The notes beneath the pieces were generated by a model that was not told the DNA's origin, did no database searches, and worked only from the letters and a program-made list of their open reading frames with translations. Positions 1 through 14,127 of a stretch of DNA of 64,000 nucleotides are shown piece by piece (the first letter of the stretch is position 1; each line of letters begins with the position of its first letter). A program made the translations under genes and the position numbers. This DNA comes from Octopus bimaculoides (Eukaryota): assembly GCF_001194135.2 (NCBI RefSeq), contig NC_069000.1, forward strand, positions 46,468,701-46,532,700, written 5' to 3'.

Positions 1-50
<50 letters not shown>

Positions 51-144
51 GTTGCACGTGGAGAAAACGTAAAACGACGAAGTTAGCAAGGGAAATAAAT
101 CTTACAAAACAAATTATTCTATAATTTCTGTAAGAGTTATTTCC

Positions 145-175
<31 letters not shown>

Positions 176-813
176 CACGTGTTGCCCTGGCATGCAAGCC
201 TCTCTCTCTCTCATCATGACACCAGTGTTGTCAAAGGTGATGTTGCAAGAACTCAAAGAGCTAAAATAGATACCACAGGTTTTTATGCCATACCATTTCA
301 AGAGATGGAAGCACCAGAATGAAGAGAAAAAAATCCAGTAAATGGAGACAAAGATCCAATAAATTTACCTGCTTTTGTATTTCCCTTCTCCGCTAATCCC
401 TTACCTGAACATTATCATCTTCGTTCAGACTAATATATTCCATATTTCATTGACAGTGTGGCCATAACTTTATAGATTCTTCCAGTTATGGCTAACCAAA
501 GTTCTTCTTTAATCTGTAAGTGATGATGATGATGAGAACAAAGAAGACATTCTCTAACAGAAAACCTATCCTGAAAGCTTGCAACAGATTGGACCCTACA
601 AAAGGTACCCATAGGTGTGTGTAGGGGGCTGAACCAGACAACAGATTTAGTCTTTCACCAGGAAGGCCATGCCTGGCTTTCAACTAAGAACACAAAGACA
701 TGGAACATATACCATATTGTATCCAATCCATTCCACATCTCTTGATTGGAACTTCAAACCAAACTAAGGATAAACAACAACAAGGGAAACAGAAAATGTA
801 ATTAGTGGCTTAC

Positions 814-933
814 CTGTAAAAATAAACATCAAACTTTCCGGCGCTTTTACCATTTGTTCTTTGGACAACACATCGTCTCCATCCAGCAGGTAGATCGCGG
901 GTACTGACGGGGTAGTTCTTGTTGTCTGTACCA
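814..933 (-). CDS. Methyl-CpG-binding domain exon of an MBD4/MeCP2-like gene ([40 protein letters not shown])
   Basis: Acceptor ttgttgttacag, donor AG|gtaagc, 120 nt, phase 2-2. [18 protein letters not shown] matches the MBD signature and is closer to MBD4/MeCP2 than MBD2/3. The phase-2 intron after DVYFY-S is at the position known in MBD genes. This frame is not in the ORF track. Confidence 0.85.
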
Positions 934-3900
934 CTGTAACAACAAAAGACAGACGTGTGTAATCACAAAACAACTAACAGAATACAGTTATATCGATATT
1001 TAATNNNNNNNNNNNNNNNNNNNNNNNNNNNNNNNNNNNNNNNNNNNNNNNNNNNNNNNNNNNNNNNNNNNNNNNNNNNNNNNNNNNNNNNNNNNNNNNN
1101 NNNNNNNNNNNNNNNNNNNNNNNNNNNNNNNNNNNNNNNNNNNNNNNNNNNNNNNNNNNNNNNNNNNNNNNNNNNNNNNNNNNNNNNNNNNNNNNNNNNN
1201 NNNNNNNNNNNNNNNNNNNNNNNNNNNNNNNNNNNNNNNNNNNNNNNNNNNNNNNNNNNNNNNNNNNNNNNNNNNNNNNNNNNNNNNNNNNNNNNNNNNN
1301 NNNNNNNNNNNNNNNNNNNNNNNNNNNNNNNNNNNNNNNNNNNNNNNNNNNNNNNNNNNNNNNNNNNNNNNNNNNNNNNNNNNNNNNNNNNNNNNNNNNN
1401 NNNNNNNNNNNNNNNNNNNNNNNNNNNNNNNNNNNNNNNNNNNNNNNNNNNNNNNNNNNNNNNNNNNNNNNNNNNNNNNNNNNNNNNNNNNNNNNNNNNN
1501 NNNNNNNNNNNNNNNNNNNNNNNNNNNNNNNNNNNNNNNNNNNNNNNNNNNNNNNNNNNNNNNNNNNNNNNNNNNNNNNNNNNNNNNNNNNNNNNNNNNN
1601 NNNNATTTTCCAACCCAATCCTTGGACTTTTGAACAACGAATGCTTATTACTTTGGCCCCGGATTGACCAGTACCTTGTGAGTGAAGTTTTGTAAATGGA
1701 AACTGAAAGGAAGCCCATGACATGCACCACTTAAGCAATGGTGACGTTTGTGTTCTGCATGAATGACTCAGTGTGGAATAAAGTTTTAGGCTTTATCTTT
1801 GACTTGTTGCAGTCATTAAACTGTGGCGATGCTGGAGCACCACCTCAAAAAATCTTTAGTCAAATGAATTGACCCCCCACCCCCCACCTACTTATTTCTT
1901 TTTTATTCCTTCGGTCTCTTTCGCTGAATCACTATTATGAAAAAAAAGGGTTGGTTGGCACCATAAGAAATTTTCATCCCAGTCACAGGGTTTCAGGTTC
2001 AATCCCACCGGTGCTGTTACAAAATTCCACAAAAACCTGTCTGGCCATTGAGCTTTTCATATTTAAAGAACTAGGGGAAAGTATTTCTTTTCTTGGAAAC
2101 AGATGAGGGTTGGCAACATTGTTCTTCATCCGATCCATGGAAGCACAGGAAAGGAGGAGATGTCAAAGTAGACATGACAATGAGAATATATTGGGAATTC
2201 AGAGAAATGATTTCTCAAAGAAAAATCAACCAACATTAATATTCTGAAATAAACATGAGATATTCTGTGGTGTGATATTGCAGGCAACTGGAACCGTAAG
2301 AATTGATTTCCAACACCTCCACCACCACCACCTCAATATCATTACCATCATTTCTACCACCACCACCACCCACACCACTTCTCAGCTATATTAATGTCAG
2401 CTTTTTTCCAGACAACAATGGATTGGACAGAAAAAAGAATTACAAGTAATAATTAGCTTAATTTTAGCTCTTAATGAATTATTGATGATTATATATATGT
2501 ATGTGTGGCTAAAGGATATGGCTATGAAAAGAGATGGTATCAAGGGACAACTGCAAGAGAGAGGGAGGATAAATGGCAGGGTGGGTGAGATGTCCATTCC
2601 TTTCTAGCAACCCGGAACCATCTCATTCATTAGCCATTCTACATCCATTAATATTCTCTCCCTCTCTCCCTACATTGAACCAACAATTATCTTTCCTCAT
2701 ACACTACACCTGCCCCCATCTCCCCCACCTCACCACCTGCAGCCTCCCCAACCACATGTCACACCCTGCTCTCTCTCTCTCTCTCTCTCTCGTCCTTCTC
2801 TCAACTAGGTCCTCATTCCTATCCTGCAACTGTCCCTTTCACATCCCTCTACCAGCACCGATTTATGCATCAATGGTCAACTCCACCCCTTCTTACACCC
2901 ACCTTTTAACCTACCCATCTTTACAGCTGTTGCCTACCGCTCATTCCCTTTCCCACTTCCCCAACTCTTGCTTGCCCTATATATTCTTGCAAACCCAAAC
3001 CCATCCATACCCCTAATTCCTCAGTTCCCATTTATTTCTACTCAATCTGTACCTTCGGGGGCCACCCAAACACCTTGTCACCTCTAGCTGTTTCCAGTCT
3101 CACCCAATCCTTTTCACCGCCCCCTCTTCTAAATGCAAATAGCTGTTTACATACATACATACAGAACATTTATATAAGTAGCTATATCCTGGTAGTGGTA
3201 TAATTGACGATGCAGCATGACGTGTCCATGTAACTGTGTATGCATGCCTTGGTTCTGGCTAAAGAAGATACTACATAAAACAAAATTCCACAAAGGGAAG
3301 TAACTCAAAGACGTCCACAGCATGAAATGAAAGAAATCAAGTATGGATGCCCATAAACAGTGACTGACACATGCACACACACACAAAAACTAATTAATGA
3401 TTCAAAATTTTCATTTTAATCAAAGAATACCAAAACAAAGAAGCATTCATTTGTGACTCACAAAGGAAAAACAGGGAAACAATTTCAAGACAAAAAAAAT
3501 GAAAGAAATTTCATTCTGATGCTTAACGAGGAAATTGTGTCATCACTAATAAGGGTGCTGACAGCAATTGATCATCAACCTGGTTGGCTCAGTTGGGGCT
3601 GACCCAGGGCTAAACAGCAATATTTTGTTATAAAACTTTTATCTTTTTACTTGTTTCAGTCGTTAGATTGCTGCCATGCTGGAGCACCACCTTGAAAAAT
3701 TCTAAGTTGAATGGATTGACCACAGGACTTATGTTTTTTTAAAGCCTGGTACTTTTACCAAGCTGCTAAGTGACAGGGATGTAACCACACCAACACCAGT
3801 TGTCAAGTGCAGGTGGAGAACACACACACACATACAGATATATATATATATATATATANNNNNNNNNNNNNNNNNNNNNNNNNNNNNNNNNNNNNNNNNN

Positions 3901-4418
3901 NNNNNNNNNNNNNNNNNNNNNNNNNNNNNNNNNNNNNNNNNNNNNNNNNNNNNNNNNNNNNNNNNNNNNNNNNNNNNNNNNNNNNNNNNNNNNNNNNNNN
4001 NNNNNNNNNNNNNNNNNNNNNNNNNNNNNNNNNNNNNNNNNNNNNNNNNNNNNNNNNNNNNNNNNNNNNNNNNNNNNNNNNNNNNNNNNNNNNNNNNNNN
4101 NNNNNNNNNNNNNNNNNNNNNNNNNNNNNNNNNNNNNNNNNNNNNNNNNTATGTTGATGTAGATTGTCAATGATGATGATGAAGAAGAGGGTGGGAGGGA
4201 GGGAGAAGTGAAAATGTCTTCCCTTCCAATATAAAGGACATAATAATTACCAGACAGAATAGCTACACACACGCAGACACATACAATGATATATATATTA
4301 TGGTACTAACACATATATATATGCAATCACATACACACACACTACACAATGACAATTACAAAAGGACACACACATAAAATGGCATGTAAACAAAGATAAA
4401 CAGAGATATATAATGATG

Positions 4419-4450
<32 letters not shown>

Positions 4451-4597
4451 CTACAGCAGAGAGACTAAAGAATGACATCATCTCACTTCAGCTGATATTG
4501 GCAACTTAATGTTGTTGTTGTTGCAACCGTCACCGCGACCACCACCACCACCACCACCACTGCTACTACTACTATTGTATTAGTCATATGACTAATT

Positions 4598-4644
<47 letters not shown>

Positions 4645-7600
4645 TCATCAGAAAATGAAATTGCCTTCTCACAAATGACTATTGTAATGCCTTTTAGCTT
4701 TTACTTTGACTGTGGTCATGCTGGGGCAATTCCTTGAAGGGTGTTGGCCAAACAGACTGACCACAGAGACTTTTTTTTTTAAATAAGGAACTCCTTTAAC
4801 TGAACTGCTAAGTTATAAGGGATGTAAAAAAACCAACACTGGTTGTCATATGGTGGTGGGTGGAACAAACACACACACACACAGATACACAACAGGCTTC
4901 CACACACTTTCCATCCACCAAATCCATTGACATGGCATTGGTCAACCCAGGACAATAATATTTTGACATTTGCCCCAGGAGCTGTGCAGCAGGACTGAAC
5001 ACAAAACCATGTGGTTGCAAAACCAGCTTCTTAACCACAGAACCATACCTATACTTACGACCCTTTACAGAGTTTCCAACGTTGGATTAAGGACCTACCC
5101 TCAAACCAGAGACCAAGTCAAACAGTTTCTTCAGATATTGTATTTATTGTGGTAACTGTTTAACTCCGGGTTAGACTTGGTAGAGTAAACTTGTAATCAA
5201 CCACATTATTTTGTCTGTTGCTATTTAACCCTGAGTCGGACCTAAAGAGGCAAATCTATGATCAACAGTATTACTTTGGCCCCAGTTTCCAGCCATAGTA
5301 ATCTCAACTTTTTTTTAATCAGACGCAATACATCTGAGTTACTGGGTCCCTAACTATTCCACTACCAAATGACACTGCCCCCTTTTTGTACTGAAATGAA
5401 TTTTCCCACAGACCCCAGTTTTCGAAAGTTCTCTCTTCTCAAAAAAAAAAACTGATTACATTAACCACTGACAAACTCGTTTGCCCAGTTACATCTCACA
5501 ATTAAAAATTAGAAATAACCCAATAATTAGGTGTGTGCGTGTGTGTGTAATGGAATAATAATTATCTATGTGACAGAGTAATTAATTATCCATTTTATAG
5601 GGCACCTCTTTTAAAATTATGAACACAGCTCATGGTCCCCACCCAGTATTCCCTTTGTGGAATTCCAGATAGGGAACAGTTTATCCAGGACTACATTATT
5701 CAATGTAATCTTTTTATTTTCTCCTTTGGTTGGACGGATTTCAAAAATGAAGTGGAGGTGGTCACGTCAGTTTCCATAGGAGAATAGGATAAGAGAATGG
5801 TAAATGGATGAGAAGAACAACGGAATGGATTCCACAAAAGGAACTGAGAAAGGAGGAAGAGGAGGAAGAGGAGGAGTAGATGGAGGAATGACACTGAAGA
5901 ACATGACACAAAACTGGTTTGGACCAGAATGACAGCGGACAGGAAGTGAAAGAGGAGCATGGTGAACAGTGACCATCATCATTCTAAAGTCTCCTTTCCA
6001 AGCTTTTCATGCGTCAGAGGAGACGTTTGAGCAGAGTTTTCTATGGTTGGATACCTGTGCTGACAGCAACCTACACCTTTTCCCAAGCAATGTAATAATA
6101 ATAATACATCTAAGACTCAAGCAGCCTCCTCAGAACATGCTCCTCATCCCCATTCAACACATACCCATACCACCACACTCCATTCACCCATCAAGTCCTC
6201 AGTCCTCCTCTTGTCAAACATCAAAATGTCAAAACAAGGGAACACACACACACACACAAACAACAATTTCCAATTTCCATCTACCAAATCCACTCCCAAG
6301 GCTTTGGTTAGCCTAGGTTTATAGTAGAAATCATTACTCCAAGAGGTGCTACACAGTGGAACTGAACCTGACACCACATGGTTGGGAAGCAAAACTGAAA
6401 TTCTTTCTTTGTGTAAGCTTTATCCCAGACACCCCAATCAATACCCCACCCTCATGTCCTAATAATTAAAAATATTTCACTCTTCATGACTTCCTAGTTA
6501 AAGGATTACTCATAGCAAAGATAAATTGGTCACGTGGTTGAACATTCAAAAAGGAGTTGCAGAGACATCAGATAAGTTCGACTCATCATGTTGCTTAAAC
6601 CCAAGTCAGCACCGATTCCACAGACCTACGATCAAAAGTGCTCCAACCATCCGGAATTAGTGTGCCCTCAACTAGAGGTTCTTCAACTAACAGATATCAG
6701 TACCTGCCCACCAAATAATGGCTTCAAATCTTAGCACAAGGCCAGCAATTTCAGAGTGGGGGGGATTCGATTACATCGCTCCCTTCCCACCCGGGCTCAA
6801 AGAGTACTTATTTCATTACACCAAAAGGACGATAGGTAAAGTCGACCTTGGTAGCGTTAAATAATGATGAGACCCCTTCGATTACTATTTTATTCTGGTG
6901 GACCCCCAAAGCTACTCGATGTTTAAAAACTAGTTTTATAGAAACTTCTTTCTAAAATCCTATGATGTCTTCCACCCATTAATCTGTGTCGGTTGAACTA
7001 ATGTAAAATGTTTGAGAAAGAAACCTGGCTGTTTCTTGCAATACCTACATCTAAAGCAAAATTTTCCCAGGGGCCCTATTGTGGATCCCCAAAAATCTCA
7101 TATGGCCCTTCTGGGGCCATATGGGCCCTGGTTGAGAACCACTGAACATGATAGTTCCCCCACTTGTGTGTCAAGTTTTAAAATACAAAGTTATGATCTG
7201 GAGGGGATCTGGCAGCTATTTCTAGCCAGTCAAACTACCATGTAGGGATTCCAGCCAGGCTTCTCTCTGCAAACACCGCCACATAAAGAGAGAGGGGGAG
7301 ATGAGGGGGTGAGTATATGACTGCTTGATTTGCTAGAAACAGCAGTCATATGATCTTCAGTTTAAATACAACCCTGCTAAAAAAAAAAAAATTACAATAT
7401 ACAATGAAGCCTTAGGCTCAAAACTAGAGTTGGGATGGTCTCCGATGGAAACAGCTGGCCAAGGCAGAGCTGAAAGTAACAACATGAAACAAGAATGACA
7501 GTCCAAGTAAGGAGTGGTCGTCAGATTTCAACAATCACATGAACTCTCAGATGGATATGGGAGTGGCTAGTGCTGACCTCTTTTGTTAAGGGTCACTGAA

Positions 7601-10477
7601 TAGAGAGAGAGGATTCGCTCTGGTTTCTGAATGGTGGGAGGGAGGCGGGGGAAGGAAGATTCAGTTGGGATGTACACATGTGAAGGAAAGGTGGGGAGAG
7701 AGAGAGAGAGAGAGAATGTGTAAGTCAAGCAAACTGTAGTGGGGGGGGGGCTAACATTTCACAATTACTAAGTCCCATCCCTATTAGGCACACACAATAG
7801 ATTTACTGTAGGGTTAAACTTCTTACGTGAAGGAGAGTGGTCCACTTGTATATATTACACCATACATTGGTATTGCTTGATTGTCCTTCATTGAGATTCT
7901 AATATCTGTGTGTGTGTGTTTTAGTGTGGAATACACACATAAGTCATAAACGTGTTACGCAACCTCACAATGGACATAAAAAGAGGGATCGACTGGCGGA
8001 GACTATTTGCGTTTCTATTACGTAAAGCTTGCTTTCCAACCGTATGGTTTTCAGTCCAGTCCCACTGCATGGCATCTTGGACATATTCTACTATAGCCCA
8101 AGACTGCGAAAGCGCCACCTTGTGAGTAGATTTGGTAGGCACAAACTGAAAGAAGCCTATCGTATATTGCTTGAAAACCAGTGTTGGTTCGTTGACGTCT
8201 CTGTAACTTTGTGGTTCAGCAAAGAGACTGGTAGATGTACCAGGCTTAGAAAAATGATGTACAGGGGTCGATTTGTTAGACTAAACCCTTCAAGGTGGTG
8301 TCCCAGCATGGCCGCAGTCTAAGGACTGAAACGAGATGAACGATAAAGATAACCAAATATTCTACATTTTAGACTTCCAGTGAAATTGTATTTAAAACTA
8401 TCGGTGATACAGACTGACTTTAAACTCACACACATTTCTGCAAGTATAAAGTACTGGCTCTACTAAATTTACTCACAAACAGACATTGGTCAGCCAGGAG
8501 CCATAACAGAAGGAACTTGCCCAAAATATTAGCTCAGCTGAAAATCACGTGTGTGCACATACACACATATATACACAAATAACTTAATGAAAACTTGTTC
8601 CTTTGGTTGTCTTTTCCCTTGTTTTTGATTATTCATTATAATATATAAACACACATACACAATTCTGCCGCTTCCCACCTCCTTCCTCATAATTTTCAGA
8701 ATGTTTAAGGTTACGACTGTATCAGAATTTCATGTGGAAAAAGAGATTCGTGACTACGCACACATAAATACGGATTCACATTATCACAATTTTTTTTCTA
8801 AAAAAATTGACATTTCGTTTTGTAGATATTTATGTCAGCGCACCCAGCAACTTTTTTTTTTTCCAAATTAAATTCCCATATAATCAAAATCTACATCATC
8901 TGAAGCGCGTATGTAGAAAAATTTCGGTAGATGCACACTTATGTAGGTATGCCTATATATACGCTAATATCGAACAGTTAGAATAATGCTCAACAAAGTA
9001 TATAAACATATGTATGTGTGTGTGTGTACTATAAAATATANNNNNNNNNNNNNNNNNNNNNNNNNNNNNNNNNNNNNNNNNNNNNNNNNNNNNNNNNNNN
9101 NNNNNNNNNNNNNNNNNGCTCAACAAAGTATATAAACATATGTATGTGTGTGTGTGTACTATAAAATATAAGATAAATAAAGTCTATTGTCCTACGGATT
9201 TACATTTCATTGGAAACAAAAACATTCCCTACACACGGTGTGGTTCCACTAAACGTGTACCAATAATGGATCTTTTTATTTCAGTACAAAAAAACCAATT
9301 ACAAATCATTATAATCGATATATATCATCTCTCCTTCCCTGCCACCCGATCTATAGCAGTTGAGGGGTAGAGTGGCGAAGGTAGGTCTCAGAGTTCAACG
9401 TCCTGCATTACGGATAAAGGATTAACGGTTGTTGTTTATTTTTAACTGACGGCGGACCCCTTTAGGGCTTTAATGTCGGGGAAGTCCCTTGAATTAGGGG
9501 GTCAAAGGGCCTGTGAATGCACCAGTTGGTCTTCCTGTCACGTTGAAGCAGGAGGATGTGCCAGAATTCACGCTGTAATGTTTACAGCTGTTGTTGAACT
9601 CCAAAATGGAGGAAGAGACGAACAAGTGCCCCAGATTTGTGTGTATGTGCGCGCGCGCGCGCATTTCTGTGTCTGTCTCTCTTTCTCTATGATGCATGTA
9701 CGTAGAAGAGTTTACGTAATAGCCATCCTTTGAAGTCCCTTATCACATGGAAAGAAAAAAGGTACGGAGCTGGGGGCTATATGTACACACACCCGCACAC
9801 AATATTATACATACACGTACACAGTTATAAATATATATATATACACACACACACATACATACACTAAAAAGATAGTTTACAGGTTTCAGGCACTAGACTG
9901 CAGCCATACTGGGGCAAGGATTCAGTCGACCACATCGACCCCATTACCAGAATATCTAATACCAATTCCTCTCACCCAGTTAAGTCAAACAGGCAAGTGC
10001 TTGCAATGGATCTGAACCGACGAACTAAACAGCCGTAGACCGATTGCTAAACCACAAACCCAATTCATCTCCACTAAATTCAAGTTTCCTCAACGAAATA
10101 AATATTTTTTTATGCTACGTGGAAAAGCATGAATACCACACATTCTCGTTCGTTTATACTTGGATCATTCTTTTATACAGAAATCTTCCCCATTGATGAT
10201 CTCAGCAATCGGGTTTCAATTTCGTGACAGGAAGAAGCTACATGACGGTTAATAGTAATATTAATGGGAGTGGCATGAGTGCCAAAGAATCATCTTCGTG
10301 GCACATCAAATGATTTAGAAAATATCTTTACTATACACATAACGATGTACATATACAGATATGTGTATATATATATATATATATGTGTGTGTGTGCATGT
10401 ATATATATATATATAGGCAGGCTGTCAACATTCTTACGCATATACACACGTCTTTCTATTATGTAAGTTAAAGCGAT

Positions 10478-10515
<38 letters not shown>

Positions 10516-10896
10516 ATCTATAACATACATTTCAACACGTACACATGCCATGCATAAAACTGAATACACCCATAAAAGTACACACACATCATTGTGTGTG
10601 TGTACATAGATGTGTATATAAATATCTATATATATATACATACGCATGTATGCATAAAGTACGGTAAAATTTACTTAAAGTACATTGTATGTAGAAACAG
10701 GAAGTAAATAATATCTCTTGCGTATATATACATACACACATATATCACACAAAAGTATGTATATGTATAAATGGAAAGTTATTGAAGAAGTGAATAATGT
10801 ACAACAAAGACAAATTATAGATACAACAATAGTTGAGTTAATGAAAGTAATTACTTGTAATATTGTTAGAATTAATTAAGAAAAACTTTTCCTTAC

Positions 10897-10943
10897 CAAA
10901 CTTCAGTCTCTTCGTCTTTTACTGACTTACTCGACGGCGCCAT
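10897..10943 (-). CDS. Candidate first coding exon of the MBD4/MeCP2-like gene (MAPSSKSVKDEETEV-C)
   Basis: aacATGGCG start context, donor TG|gtaagg, 47 nt ending in phase 2, which fits the phase-2 start of exon 933-814. No homology support; intermediate exons cannot be excluded. Confidence 0.55.
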
Positions 10944-11966
10944 GTTCAAGTTCCGTCTCCTCTCATTCAGTCGCACCCTTTCACTTCACTTACAGCCTCT
11001 CTCCATAGCTTAATGTTTATCTAATTCCCTGCGCTGCTCTCGCTTCTATCTCTCTTACGCTTTCACTTTCCTCACACCCTCTTTCTCTCTATCGAAACCA
11101 TTCCCTTCTCTTTATCAATTTCACTCTTTCACTCCACTTACCCTCTCTCTCTTACTTTTTATCTGACTCAATCCCCTTCTCGCGCTATGTTACTTTTTCA
11201 CTCCTCTCACTCACCATCTCTATATCATCTTTTTATCTAACTCCCCTTCTTTCACTATCATACTCTTTCACTTCACTTACACCTCCTCTCTATAAATCTT
11301 TATCCAACTCACTTCCCTTCTTAATGTCGATCTTAATTACACTTTCATTTGACTCCTCTCTCTCTATTTTACTCTACTCCCCTTCTCTCTATCTATTTAT
11401 TCTTTCACTTCACTCCCCCTCTCTCTACCCGTCTTACTCTTCACCTAACTCACTCCCTATTAAAGTCACTTCCTATCTCAACATATATCTCTTTCTCTCT
11501 ATATTACTGTTTCTTTATTTCACTACCCTTCTTTATACTACGCTCTCTCTCTCTCTCTCTCTCTATCTTAATCTTTATATCTCTCCCTCTCTTACAAACT
11601 AACTTATTATCTCTCTCTCTCCCTCTCTATGTTTATATCGTTCTCATTTCTGTAGCTTCTCTTTACTCCTACTTAGTCTGTCTATGTATCTTTCTCTCAC
11701 TTTGTCTTCTCTCTTTTACTAACTACTCTTACCACTACTTCCCATTTTCTCTCCCTTCATTCCTCTCCTTTCTCTCTCTATATTTCTTTCTTCCTCTCTA
11801 TTCCTGTCTTTTTTCTCTTACTGACTGCTAATTCTTACCTCTACTTGTCCCCTCTTTCTCCTTTTCTTCTTCAATCACCCTCTCTCTTTCCTTCTCTATC
11901 TTTCTACATTATTTTTTTGCTAGCTCCATTTTCCTTTCGTTCTCCCTCTCTCTGACTCTGGTCGAG

Positions 11967-12012
<46 letters not shown>

Positions 12013-13558
12013 GTCTATCTGTCTATCTATCTATCTATCTATCTATCTGCGTGTCTATCTGTCTCTGTCTGTCTATCTATCCACGCTGNNNNNNNNNNNN
12101 NNNNNNNNNNNNNNNNNNNNNNNNNNNNNNNNNNNNNNNNNNNNNNNNNNNNNNNNNNNNNNNNNNNNNNNNNNNNNNNNNNNNNNNNNNNNNNNNNNNN
12201 NNNNNNNNNNNNNNNNNNNNNNNNNNNNNNNNNNNNNNNNNNNNNNNNNNNNNNNNNNNNNNNNNNNNNNNNNNNNNNNNNNNNNNNNNNNNNNNNNNNN
12301 NNNNNNNNNNNNNNNNNNNNNNNNNNNNNNNNNNNNNNNNNNNNNNNNNNNNNNNNNNNNNNNNNNNNNNNNNNNNNNNNNNNNNNNNNNNNNNNNNNNN
12401 NNNNNNNNNNNNNAAAAAAAAAAAAAAAAGAAGAAGAAAACTAATATTGATCGAATTTGAGGGTGGCTGGCAGAGTGGTTAGCACGCCGGACCAAACACT
12501 TAGCGGCATTCACTCGCCCTTACGTTCTGAGTTCAAATTCCGCCGAGGCCAACTTTGCCAAACATCCTTTCGGGAGTCAATAAAATAAGTTCCAGTTACG
12601 TTACTGGGGTCGATATAATCGACTTGCAGCCTCCCCGTAATTGCAGGTGTTGTGCCTCTAATAGAAAGTATTGTTTTTCTAACGCGAAACTTCTCTTTGT
12701 AGCAGCTTAACCTATCAGGTGGTGCTATTAAATTAGACATGGCCTGGACCAATCTTTGGTCGAAATATATCTAAACTTTAGCCTTCTATCGATATCTCTG
12801 ATCGATTAAAATGTTTCTATGAATAAGCGTCGTCAATGTCTACTGAGTGACCACGTTCACCAAACCGTGACACTTAAAGTCGTACGCTGACTGGTTAAAC
12901 TAGTGTCCGTAAACTTCAGCCTGCGCTGGAGCCCATCGAAAAAAGTATTTAAAGGAAAATTTAATCTTTTCCCTAAAGTAAATATCCTTATCTCTATACA
13001 ATTTTACAAACCCTCTTCTTCTTCTTCTTCTTCTTCTTCTTCTTCTTCTACACAGATAATTTAATATCCGCTTTTATATATGCGTGTATGCATGTATGTA
13101 TATTGTCATTGATATGTTGAAAAGAAAGAAGACCGTACTCAATACATTTCAATGTGGTAATAAATTACAGTGTAACACGATTTTTGTCCTTCCTTGGATA
13201 GCATTTGTTATATAGCGGCGTGTTTATTTGGCGAGAGATAAATAAATAAATAAAATGACCATCCCGAAATACGATATCTGTTTCAACACACGATTTCACA
13301 TCAGGAATCTTGCAAACAAAACGAATTGATAAACGTATGTATATGTGTGTGTGTATGTTTGTGTGTTTGTGTTTGTCCCCCAACATCGCTTGACAACCGA
13401 TGCTGGTGTCTTTACGTCCCCGTAACCTAATGGTTCGGCAAAGAGATCGATAGAATAAGTACTAGGCTTACAAAGAATAAGTCCTGGGGTCGATTTGCTC
13501 GACTAAAGGCAGTGCTCCAGCATGGCCACAGTCAAATGACTGAAACAAGTAAAAAGAG

Positions 13559-13598
<40 letters not shown>

Positions 13599-13732
13599 CA
13601 TATATATATATATATACACACAAACACACACACACACATATATATATATATGAAAATATACATACACACACACACACACAATCTACTGACGTAAAAAAAG
13701 TGATCAGAGTTATCTCCCCTGTAATGTTTCAG
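10944..13732. promoter_or_regulatory. Putative shared (divergent) promoter interval between the MBD-like gene and STRIP
   Basis: Start codons about 2.8 kb apart on opposite strands; about 1 kb CT-rich tract (10950-11960); locally CpG-enriched patch (about 12760-12950) with a TATCGATA (DRE-like) palindrome at 12787-12794. No TSS evidence. Confidence 0.45.
12460..12672 (+). mobile_element. tRNA-derived SINE, family B
   Basis: gctggcaga..ttagcacgccgg..cttagcggcatt..ttctgagttcaaattccgccgagg (B-box-like) ..ggggtcgatataatcgact..ttgtgcct..tagaaag. Confidence 0.85.
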
Positions 13733-13764
13733 TCGGTTGGTGTCGCTGCTGTTCAAGATAAAAT

Positions 13765-13836
13765 ATGGACGAAGGTGGCTGGCGAGGTTTGCCCAAACTG
13801 CAAGAACTGTTTCGTCGGCAAAGACGGGGATCGGAG
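13765..13836 (+). CDS. STRIP1: STRIP coding exon 1 (MDEGGWRGLPKLQELFRRQRRGSE)
   Basis: In-frame TAA just upstream of the ATG, donor GAG|gtgaga. Acceptor at 13731-13732 implies an upstream non-coding exon. GLPKL..L.RRQR..SE resembles invertebrate STRIP N-termini. Confidence 0.85.
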
Positions 13837-14083
13837 GTGAGAAACACACCACACCATTATTATACACTCCATTCAGTTGCTCACCATATACATATGTGTG
13901 TATGAATATCTATACATAGACAAACACTAATATATTTATCTGTATAATATATATCGGTGTTTATAGGGGGAGATTTTTATCTTGAACGTCAAACCTGTCA
14001 TGTTTCCTTTTCTTGCCTTTTGGATTAATGCAAGGCTATACATACATAAATATACATACATACATATATACACACATACATAC

Positions 14084-14127
<44 letters not shown>

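Noticed and set aside
400-720. Search for the next MBD exon (SPxGKxFRS)
   Set aside because: All acceptor-frame combinations I tried hit stops or lacked the motif; the exon is probably outside the window
764-973. ORF-track protein MFCDY...[17 protein letters not shown]
   Set aside because: Wrong frame; the homologous MBD product is in another frame of the same exon
955-1738. Long ORFs made of X here and at other gaps (for example 17473-18192, 50816-51981, 56183-57187, 58196-58885)
   Set aside because: Artefacts of N assembly gaps and flanking microsatellites
5700-5990. Purine-rich segment with short ORFs on both strands
   Set aside because: No recognisable homology or consistent splice signals
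8988-9170. 53-bp exact direct repeat flanking an N gap (a similar duplication flanks the gap at about 43230-43405)
   Set aside because: Typical of unmerged contig overlaps, so probably assembly artefacts rather than real duplications
9470-9700. Kozak-like ATG (MEEETNKCPRF) in a GC-richer patch as STRIP exon 1
   Set aside because: The real start with homology and an upstream in-frame stop is at 13765; donor phase does not fit; it lies in the MBD-like gene intron
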